This document shows, piece by piece, positions 29,301 through 41,300 of a stretch of DNA of 64,000 nucleotides (position 1 is the stretch's first letter; each line of letters starts with the position of its first letter). The notes beneath the pieces are model-generated. The model ran no database searches and had not been told where the DNA came from. It was given only the letters and a program-made list of their open reading frames with translations. The translations under genes and the position numbers were made by a program. Source of the DNA: Mizuhopecten yessoensis. Lineage: Eukaryota. The DNA lies in NCBI RefSeq assembly GCF_002113885.1, contig NW_018407435.1, positions 1,320,958 to 1,384,957 on the forward strand, in the 5' to 3' direction.

Positions 29301-32300
29301 ACGCTACCTTAGGCTGCCTAGAATATGTTGCCTGAATGTCTTACAAGGGCAGCTTCTTAAGACTTCTTAAAATATGATTTGAAACATTTAATTTAATGAA
29401 AATATTGATTAATAGTATCTTAATAGAAACCCCGAGGGTTGGAGATTAATAGAATCTTTCACCCCCTTGGGGGTGAGATAGGAGAATCTCAACCCGAGGG
29501 GAAGATTTTTAAGTTGCCAAACACGAGGCTTTGCTGAGTGTTTGGCAACTTAAGAATCGTTTCCCGAGGGTGGAGATTCCCCTATCTCCCCCACAAGGGG
29601 GTGAATGATTCTGTTTCTCTTACCCTGTTCTCCCATTGTGTATCATATTGATATACACAATGTAACGATAACGTTACATTGTAAATTCAGGGTTGACGTG
29701 ACGTTGGCGGATTGTTGACGTGACGTCATTGTATTGTTGAAGTGACGTCATGCCATTGTATGAATAGGGGAATCCCCCCGTCTCAACCCTAGGGTGAGAC
29801 AAGGAAATCTCACACCGGTAAAAGTGCGGATACACCTGTTCAGGGTAAGAGAATACTCTGTCACACCCTCAAGGTAGCAGATGAGTGTAAACAAAAACAC
29901 ATGAATATTGTCATTCTCTTTTGATTACGTCACAATTACCAGTGACGCATTTTAATGACGTCACAATTGAACACGTGCTAATCGGCACAAGGTTATCTCC
30001 CTGTAGGGGGTGACAAGCTGTTCTTTCTCGGCTAAAAGGGGAGACACACCCGTGAAGGGTGGGAGACACATCCGTGAAGGGTGGGAGACACACTCGTGAA
30101 GGGGGGGGGGGGGGACAAACCCGTGAAGGGGGGGAGACACACCCGTGAAGGGTGGGAGACACCCCCGTGAGGGGGGGGAGACACACCCGTGAAGGGTGGG
30201 AGACACACCCGTGAAGGGGGGAGACACACCCATGAAGGGGGGGAGACACACCCGTGAAGGGTGGGAGACACACCTGTGAGGGGTGGGAGAAATATTTTTC
30301 TTTTAAATTTTCATCTGAGGATGCATTGAAGTGTAGAATTAAGCATGTATGCTTCAAAATGTTCTCAGCACTTTCTGTTGGCTTCAAGGATAACGTCACA
30401 GCTATTAACCATCTTTCGAAAATATTTGTCATCAATATTAGAATTTAAATACTCAGCCTGTATCCAATAATAGAAATCTTATGACCTTGGCACAGCTTAT
30501 AATCTGTGGAGATAAAATTTCAAAGTTTATCCAAGTACAGTGAGATTATCCCTGAGTCACACTTTATTGCTCTCCATGTTTTAACTTATATAACTTCAAT
30601 ATATTCTCATTGTTTTTATGAACTAGGCTATGAAACTAAATGCAATAGGTAATATTGTGTTATGCATGTAATGAAGGCAAGTGGGATACACTGTCAACAT
30701 ACTTTTGTGCTAATTTGGAGGTGGTAAAATATTTCAATTGCTAAACATAAAATCCCTGTTTCCTGCGCATGTCACAAAGTATTTGATTGCTGTAGGGTAA
30801 CTCATGATGTTTGTGACTTGGAAATTGCTGCTAATGTGCAGAAATTTACACTTCATCTCTTTTGTTTTCTTATTTCTTATAGTGTTGCCAGTTTAGCAAA
30901 ATCAAAAAATGCTGAGATTGCTCGCCATGTGGTGGTGCAGGGAATGCCTCTCAACATTGTTGATCTGGAGGAGGATACAACGTTTAAAGGCCCGGTAAAA
31001 TTTGGTTTGTTATGACAGGCTTCAAAGTGATATGTTTGATTTGTAGTAAAGCCTCACAGTATTTGATGTCTGCGGGAATGTCAGAACCAATGTGAAATAT
31101 AAGGATTTACATGTAATTTATAAAATCCCTGTTGTGAGTTTTCTATACTTTACTTTTGAAAACAAAACAAGTCTATTTTTGTACCCTTATGGTAAATTCA
31201 AACTTCTGCTAATCAATGCAAAAATCAATATGAAGGTGAAAAGTTTGAAGACTTTATCACAAATAGGCAGACTTTGCAAGTATGCTTTCTGTTTGAATTA
31301 AACGTGAAAGCCACAATACATCTGGTAGTTGTTGTGTGGTTCCTACTCACAAAATCATCTCAATTAAAAACTACTCCTACTTGCGTCATTGACGGTATTG
31401 CAGAACCATGTCAGAATTTAGGCCAAACAAAAAAATATTTTGTGTTTCCGGTAACCCTACCTACCCTAATTTCTTGTGCCTACCCTACACTTTTTATTAA
31501 GGCAATTTTTAAAGAAGCACTGTTAAAGTCAAGATCACTCTTCGATATAAACCATATACAATTATTTGTTAATTTTTTTTTTTTTACCTACCTACATACC
31601 CTAAATTTTTCCAACATGTTGCAGGAAACACATATTTTTTTGTCTGGCCTTAATTAACCATGCAATTTTAAATCCAATGGTATTGAGTGCAAAACAGTGT
31701 TAAAACAGTGTAGATATTTAAATGTCAATAGCTTCTGTTAATCCATTACACACGATTCCATTTCATTTGACTGTAGCATGTTGACGAGGATGGGTTCCAG
31801 AGTAAGAGCATGCTGTGTATGCCTATCTACAACAGTGACAAGAAAATCATTGGGGTGACACAGCTGATCAATAAAATCAATGGCCAGGCCTTCATTGAAA
31901 GTGATGCCAACATCATCGAGGTAGGAGACCGACCAAATTATAGCTACAAAACACGGTTGTGTATCTTACAAGACCAATTTAAATATATATGAAAATGAAA
32001 TCTGAATTGATGGTATACACTTATAAGTTTAAATCGATATGACAAAACTAGGTAATACAGTTGAATCTGTATTAAGTGGCAGCCTAAAGGAAAATTCAAA
32101 ACCAGCCTTTGATAAGAATTGACTATTAACAAATTCTTTTTAACAGAATTACCAGACACATGTGACCTACCAAATGACCCCTTGTTCATATAACTGTTAC
32201 CATAAACTGACCATCAACCCAAGCGCACATTCACACATGTATTTAAAGAAAGTTTGAAACAAAAAGATTCAGTGGATCAATTAAACTATGATATGACAGT

Positions 32301-35300
32301 AAACAAATGTCATTTCACTCATAACAATAAATCACCGGAGACTTGCTGAAGTGCTTGAATTACACAGCCATCTTTTTCATCAGCATTCAGGATTTAAGTT
32401 GAATTATAATGTAAAACATTGTCATCGAAATAAAAGTGACTTTCCTCCACTTGCTGGTTGCATCAGATCTACATTCTCATATACAGTTAAATAACAGTTT
32501 CAGAAGGGAGGAAAATGGTTGCATAAAAGTCACCTAATACAGATGGTCTCATGATTAGATTTATTTATAGTTTTTACAATCTTTTTAAAACATGTTGCTG
32601 TTGTCGACATTCCTTCGCAAAAATTCTGTAAGAAATGTCTTCTTTTTTATGTTTAGGCATTCTCTATCTTCACTGGCCTGGGGATCCACAATTGTCAGAT
32701 GTATGAGAATGCTTGTAAGCTGATGGCAAAACAGAGTGTGGCGCTGGAAATCCTGTCCTATCATGCCACGGCTCAGGCTTCGGATATAGACGAGTTGTTG
32801 GTAAGTAGAAGCTAGTGCCCAATGCTATCCCAATCCCATTTTGTGATTTAGGAGAAAGTTTTTAAGCTTTGGACTGTTATTGAAAGTATTATAAGTATGA
32901 ACAAAATAAACCCCACAGATATTTAGCTCACTTGGCACAAAGTATGAACGGTCAGGCACATGACGGGGCCCTCGCTGACCTCACCTATCATTGGTCTAGT
33001 TTCATTTTGATATAACTGTAGTTGAGTCACGACACTCAATCCATTGACCAGGTAGCTCAGTGGGTTAGAGCGATATTACAACAATCGGAAGATTTTCACA
33101 CTCAGAACACTTTGATGATTGTATTTTGTTCATTTCATCTTTATTATTTTTTCATAAAAGTCGTGCAAGGTACGGTTTTCTTTTCAGAAATGACTTATCA
33201 AAGCTATAATCTTGTCAGAAATGACTTATCAAAGCTATAGTCTTTCTTGACAGGAGTGACTTATCAAAGCTATAGTCTTTCTTGTCAGAAATGTCACTTA
33301 TCAAAGCTATAGTCTTTCTTGTCAGAAATGTCACTTATCAAAGCTATAGTCTTTCTTGTCAGAAATGTCACTTATCAAAGCTATAGTCTTTCTTGTCAGA
33401 AATGTCACTTATCAAAGCTATAGTCTTTCTTGTCAGAAATGTCACTTATCAAAGCTATAGTCTTTCTTGTCAGAAATGTCACTTATCAAAGCTATAGTCT
33501 TTCTTGTCAGCAATGACTTATCAAAGCTATAGTCTTTCTTGTCAGAAATGACTTATTAAAGCTATAGTCTTTCTTGACAGAAATGACTTATCAAAGCTAT
33601 ATAGTCTTTCTTGTCAGAAATGACTTATCAAAGCTATAGTCTTTCTTGTCAGAAAAAAACACTTTCCAATGGATAGTTACAGAGTACATAGATTTCAGCA
33701 GCGTAACAGGGGTCCTCAATTTATTGTATTCATATAAAGAACAAGCCCATTATGCAGTTTGGCTGTGAATTGTTATTGAAAAGCCTTCTGATAAAATTCC
33801 ACTGCATGGTGTCTAATACATGATTGAAAATACAATACAAATTGAATTATACCAAACTAGGTAGAAATCAATACAAGATTTGATTTGAAAGTGGTTGTTT
33901 TCTTATTTTAACAAGCATTTTCTATATTTTGTATTTTTTGTTTTCTCATTATCAGACCTGTGAAATCCCATCTGCAGCCAAGATCGAGTTGTACTCCTTT
34001 GGCTTCAATGATATACCCATGCCTGATCTTGATACAGTTAAGGCTGTGGTGTGTATGTTCAAGGAAGCCGACCTTTTCACCAAGTTTCGGATACCTTATG
34101 ATGTAAGTAAATGTTCTTGTAAACGTGGACCTAACTTGGTTAAGCTATATATAGATTACTACCTGCATCATCATGGGTACAGCTAAGATCTGTGATAGTT
34201 ATAACGTTGCGATCATCAGGTCTTTTTGAGTTGTTTATTCATATAGGCAATCGATACATCACTGATCGATGCACATGTAGTCAAGAAGAATACAAGGTAT
34301 AAAATGATTGCCAATACAACTATCAAAAGAAACTAACCTTTTCTGGAAATATTTCATTCATTACCAGGTGCTGTGTCGATGGGCGTTCAGTGTTAAGAAA
34401 AACTACAGGCCAGTGACGTACCACAATTGGAGACATGCATTCAATGTTGCTCAGACCATGTTCACCATGATATTCGTGAGTTGAAAATTCAACACAATTA
34501 TCTATGTCGGATTTTCATCATAGGAGGAGAAGTAGTTACATGTAGTTCTACTTTTGTTGCAATCATGTTTGAAGTTTTAAATGAGAAGTGATTTTGATTG
34601 GCTGTTACTCAGACAATAGTATTGAACTGGACGAATTACAATCTTCATAAACGAGCTATAGAGTAATTGTAATAAAGATATAATTCTAATTGGATTGTAA
34701 TTGACCTGAATTAGTAAATATGAATGAAAAAATCACCTGGATGACTCGAGATCTAATAACTCTCAGTGTCATCTTCATTGTCTTCATTAATGAGTATCAA
34801 TGGCTGCCATGTGGGTAACAAGATGTCATTGAAATATCATGAAATGGCAGATACACTTGGTGTCTAGTGGTACTTACATATATATAACAGCTGCACATGA
34901 AACTTACATAGACTTGTTATTTTTATTCCTACAGACTGGAGGATTAAGGCATATGTTTTCAGACATAGAAATATTGACGTTACTGGTCGGCTGTCTGTGT
35001 CATGATTTGGACCACAGAGGAACTAACAACGCTTTCCAAGTCAAGTACATGTCCATCCATTGCATATCTAAGTTTCTTGATTAGTTTTAAACATATTTTG
35101 ATAATAAACTGAGAGTTTCATTTTGATACTCCCATCTATGATGGGACATGTATTATGGTATGACATAATATTGTCTTGCTGGCTGGGTGTCAACAAATAT
35201 TTCATCAGGGTCATAACTTCCTTGCTAATCTACCTATACATAACCAAACTTATTTTACTTGTGTATCTTGGGGATAGGTTGTGAGCCCTATACTGAAATT

Positions 35301-38300
35301 TAGTCATGTGCCTCATTATAATTGTACCCAGTTATAGCCTTTTGTTCATTTTTTGACACCAAAGTTTGTCAACAGTATCACTTTTGGGAAGGGTATCCCA
35401 TGTTACAATTATGGTTTTTTAAGTTCACCTGGCCCAAAGTTGTCCGTCGTCTGTCCAGCATCAACGCTTTTCTTTAAACAACTTCTCATATCTGGCCAAT
35501 GTAGCATGTTGGGATTTAGGGCTACAAAGTATGACTTTGACCCACTTTCAATATCACAGGGGTCAGATGTTTAAAAAGCTTCAAAGCAATTTCTTCTATA
35601 TAACCCAAAGGTCTAGGATGATGATATCTGGCCAGAAGCATGCTGGGATGAATTGTTCAAATGAATTACCTTTAATAACCGACTTTCAAAGTCCCAGGGG
35701 TCAAATAAAACTCCAAACAACTTATTCACAATAACCAAAAGGCCCAGGGTGATTATATTGGCCTGTAGCTTAATTTAGCCTATTTAATTATATTCATCCT
35801 TGGTCCACTTTTGAGGTTACTGGTATGAAACTAAATACCATTGAGGATCGGCCAAGCCATTGGGCCGCTTGTTCTTGTTACAGTTCGGTAGTTTGATCAA
35901 TTTTATTACAAAAATGCATTAGCAGAAAGGTTATTCGTATGGCCTTTAGGTTGATGTATTATGCAATTTGAATTCAGGACTTTAAATCGATTTATTTTAT
36001 TTTGCTTTCTCAGGGTTGTCTCCCCTTTGGCTATGCTGTATAGTACCTCGGTGATGGAACATCACCACTTTGACCACTGCATTATGATACTCAACAGTGA
36101 GGTAGGTTAAAATAATTAACAAAGAATCACATAGTCTCAAACCAATGATGAGAAAATTGCATTTGAATTACCATACTGAAGCTGTTTTATCAACACCTAT
36201 GTTCATTATTTGCTTGATTAAAATTGATCTTTCTTTTCAGAGTTTAATATTCACTGTAGTGTATATCTGCATATTTGAGTTGATATTTGAATTGAGACTC
36301 AGAGTCTGTAAATACATGTAGGTGTCCTTTTAATTAGCATCATATAGATTTAATAACTGGATTTTGAAGTTAGAATTTTCTCCACCGTTATAGAATAATC
36401 TGACAATGTTTTTTCTTCTTTTTTTTAGGGCAACAACATCTTTCAGTCCTTGTCATCAGCGGAATACAGAACTGTAATCAAGATGTTGGAGCATGCGATC
36501 CTCTCCACAGATCTCGCTTTGTACTTCAAGTAGGTGTTAGCAGAGTTTTAAGACTTGAAAGATCTAGTGTTTCTGAATGTTAAGCATTTGCAGATAATTT
36601 TATTAAAAATTAAAGTTGTATCATAATGTTTTGTGAATAAAGAGGATTTAAATCCTCCAGTGGTGACTAATATCAATAGAATTTATCATAAGTTAGGATC
36701 TGGGAGCTGGAAATGTTGCCAGAGGATGGAGAATTAAAGGTCAGAAGGAAGGTTTTGCTCACATTCTGACCCCAAATTCTACATGACGATTTTCATAATT
36801 ATCCCCCTTTACTACATACTGGTAATGAGTGAATCTTTGTCTCCAATCTATGACTCCGAAATTCTGTAAAATAACAACAATGACATTGGGAATGAGACAA
36901 TAAATATAGTAGATTTTCAAGATAAAGTACAAATTAACCATGAACATTTTGTGTAGAAAATGAGGTGACAAAATATTGTGATGTCATGCTGTGCTAGGTA
37001 ACTATCAAAAACAGTCATTCATAATCTAGAGGTAATGAAATATATAGCAGGTTTATGATGAATACCTGGAGATATGTATCTGGCCATGGATGAATGTTAA
37101 CATGGAATTCAATAGGTAAGTGAATATCCTAGATCTGAATAGTTGCTGAAAGAGGAACTTGTTTCCTTTGATAGCTGTAATGTGTTGTAAATAACTGTTA
37201 TTTGTATATATTTACAGGAAGAGGGGAGACTTCAAGGCTTTGATAGACAAGGGAGACACGAAATTTGAAACAGATCATAATAAGGAACTGTTGAGGTAAA
37301 GTAATCACATTATAATCTGCACAAGTATAGGGCAAACTTTAAAAATAAAATAAATAATTTCAAGTGAATTCCATAAAATTGATTAATGATAGAATGAAAA
37401 GATGAATCCAGATTTTAGAACATTAAACAAAATTATTGTAGACATTGCTTTATCTTAAATCAGTACCAATAGTATTAGAAGGATTTAGAATAATGTAAGT
37501 TAAAAATGATTTCTTTTCTATGTGTTCTATTTAATGGCATATCAATGGAAGTCATGCTTTTTTTTATATATTTATATGCTTATTTTTTTACGATTGTGGT
37601 TAAAATACAGAGCCATGATGATGACCGCATGTGACGTGGCAGCTATCACAAAACCGTGGGAAATCCAGAAGGAAGTGGCACAGCTTGTGGCAAATGAATT
37701 CTTTGAACAGGGGGACATTGAGAAAGACAGACTGGGTGAAAAACCAATTGTATGTTTAAATTTCATATCAATCTTTATCATCGTGTGCTGTACATACTCA
37801 GATTAGTGCATTGATGTTTCAGTACATCAACCTCAGTTTTCACACCTAGATATATATGGGAGATCAATGAATACACTGTAAAAGCTCTAGGCCTTAGGCT
37901 TTATGTATGAGAAACATATGCAAGACCACACACTTGTGTTTTTCTAACAATCAAAAAGCACGAGTTTATTGCGCGGACGAATATCCGCACACGAGTGAAT
38001 ATATACGTCCGCGCAATAAATGAGTGCTTTCTGATTCGTCAGTAAAACACAAGTGTGTGGTCTTGCTTTTATCACATACCTTCCGTATTTGGTAGAGATC
38101 GATACAAAGATTTTATAAACTTTTATATTTTTTGCAAAAACCTGGAACTTTTCAGTTCGCCATGACAAGGGGATGATTCCCATAAAAAGTAGTTCCGACT
38201 AGTAGGTAAATACAACATTCCGTATTGCACATGTGCAATACAGAACGTTGTATTTCATGGTCTGAAATTTGCTTGTATTTCTATAACAAGATTCAACAGG

Positions 38301-41300
38301 TATGTGATAAACTGGATTATGAAATAAAATGCTGTTTTAAATTATCAAAGTTATACACGTCGGGATTTAGTGCTAGAACTTACAAAAACCTTAACGTATA
38401 CAGGCATTTTATATTAGCAGCTATCATTATGTTAGAGCTCTTTAAAATAAGCTCAGGAAGCACGAACATATCGTGACCACTGGAAATAAGTATACTTACT
38501 ACAGAATGATATACATACCTGTATGATGTTTCAAATTCCAGTATAATTTAGATATTTAAAAGCACACCCTTTAATTAAGGTTGTCTTTTCATGGTCTCTT
38601 ATCCGTGTTGATGATTTATGCATTGCGCAGATGGAACTGATTTTTCATTGTCTTTTGTTTTGTTCACAATTTGTAGGTATACTCAGTTTAAATCTTGTTA
38701 TATTTGCCAGGCTATAATGGACAGAGAGAGTTTAAATCTTGTTATATTTGCCAGGCTATGATGGACAGAGAGAGTTTAAATCTTGTTATATTTGCCAGGC
38801 TTTGATGGACAGAGATAGTTTAAATCTTGTGATATTTGGCAGACTATGATGGACAGAGAGAGTTTAAATCTTGTTATATTTGCCTGGCTATGATGGATAG
38901 AGAGAGTTTAAATCTTGTTATATTTGCCAGGCTATAATGGACAGAGAGAGTTTAAATCTTGTTATATTTGCCAGGCTATAATGGACAGAGAGAGTTTAAA
39001 TCTTGTTATATTTGCCAGGCTTTGATGGACAGAGATAGTTTAAATCTTGTGATATTTGGCAGACTATGATGGACAGAGAGAGTTTAAATCTTGTTATATT
39101 TGCCAGCCTATGATGGACAGAGAGAGTTTAAATCTTGTTAAATTTGCCTGGCTATGATGGACAGAGATAGTTTAAATCTTGTTATATTTGCCAGACTATG
39201 ATGGACAGAGAGAGTTTAAATCTTGTATATTTGCCTGGCTATGATGGATAGAGAGAGTTTATATCTTGTTATATTTGCCAGGCTATGATGGACAGAGAGA
39301 GTTTAATTCTGGTTATATTTGCCAGGCTATGATGGACAGAGAGAGTTTAAATCTTGTTATATTTGCCTGGCTATGATGGATAGAGAGAGTTTAAATCTTG
39401 TTATATTTGCCAGGCTATGATGGACAGAGAGAGTTTAATTCTGGTTATATTTGCCAGGCTATGATGGACAGAGAGAGTTTAAATCTTGTTATATTTGCCA
39501 GACTATGATGGACAGAGATAGTTTAAATCTTGTTATATTTGCCTGGCTATAATGGATAGAGAGAGTTTAAATCTTGTTATATTTGCCAGGCTATGATGGA
39601 CAGAGAGAAGAAGGATGAGTTGCCGAAAATGCAAGTTGGCTTCATTGATGCCATCTGTATTCCTGTTTACAAAGTATGTACAATTGTTTATAACTTTATT
39701 GATATTTTTATACTTCAGAACATGATAATTGTGTTATACTTTGCACTCTAGATTTCAGTTTAACTTTTTCACCATTTCACAGATAAACCAAATGATCCAA
39801 AAAAATATGTTAAGCACTATTTTTTTAACTCACCTGTTCATCAACTAATTAACCAAACTTGTATTAACATGATATAAAACTCAACGTTGTTAAACTAAAC
39901 CTTTTTAGCAGGACCAATTAAGGAGCTAACAGTCAGTACCTAAATTTCTATAAGGGATCAGAGACTGGAAAATCATATTGTGTGTATTTGAAGTTGTTTG
40001 AATCAGGGATAACAGACAGAATGACTTTAAGGGCCATATTAATGTCTAGATGTTAAAAATATATGTGTAATTGGCATTTTTTATTAGAACAATATCTTTC
40101 AAAAACCCAGTTTTAATATTGTGGTAATAACGTTTGTTCTGTATAAGATGTACAAAGCATAATAAATCTAATGTACCAAAATTTCTTGCAAGCTACACCA
40201 TGTAACCAGACATTGCATGAAACTGTAGAAAGAAAAATTTGAAAAGCTTAAGAATTTTTGTTATCATGAATGATTTATTAATTCAAAAATTTGAAGTATT
40301 AAACTGACATTACATGCTGTAGGAAAATGATTTTACCTATAGATATCTTCCAAAATATCACTGGAGTTTGAAAAATAAAAGAGAGAAGTGTTTTTTTCAT
40401 GATGATCACATTTTGTAGGTTTAAATCAATTTTCAGCTTTCCATTACATATACACTTTCAAATGAAATTAAATTCTAGCTTAATTGGTGGTATACATGTT
40501 TTACATCAACTGTAGTTTGTTAAATGATAAGGCCATATGCAGAAAAATTAAATGAGTCGCAACTACTTACAGTATGTGAGATAGTATGTAGATATAATAA
40601 AGCCTTTTAACTAATCATGTGTTTGGTATATGGTTAAGATGTTTTCAGAGTTGTGGGGTGGTTTACGGCCCATGTACAAAGGATGTGTATACAATCGGAA
40701 TCAGTGGCAGGATTTGGCTGACAAGCAGAATGCACTAGAATCACCTTCTAAAGTCACCTCCACAGGTCTCCTTGTCAATATATCTTTATATTATTTTCTC
40801 TCCGCCTCTTCATCTTGTCCTAGCTTGATTACCACTGCAGAATCCTGCATGTTGGCTGTTCATTGGATGGTGCTTTCTTAACCTTAGTTTATCCTGAATA
40901 TTGCCTGAAATGTCTTACCAGCTTACTTTTGGAATTCCTGAAGAGGTTTAATTTCCATACACATGTATTTATGTTGTGGTGTAAATGTGGGAACTAATTG
41001 AATTCTTGCATGCAAATTGAATAGAACTTGCATATGGACCTGAGAGTGCTCCCTACTCTGATATTGTAATAAATATTTACCCTGTATACAAGACTTAAAA
41101 TATCCCTGCATGTACATGTATAGATAAAGTTAGAGAAATTCTATCCAAGGGGTTTAATGCTAAATTCTCATGGAACAAAATATTCACCTCGAAGCAAACA
41201 ATAATGCCCAAAACAGTTGAGAATATCAGTGAAAATTATAGAAACATGTACATTCCATTACTATTCTGCAACACCATATATCATCTGATTGTAAAATGTT

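Noticed and set aside
29911-30435. Pro-rich 174-aa, 96-aa and 79-aa minus-strand ORFs
   Set aside because: They are translations of the 22-bp minisatellite in three frames.
38685-39607. CRISPR-like appearance of the regular 44-bp repeats (also 33181-33655)
   Set aside because: Head-to-tail units with no unique spacers, no cas genes, and a eukaryotic intron context.
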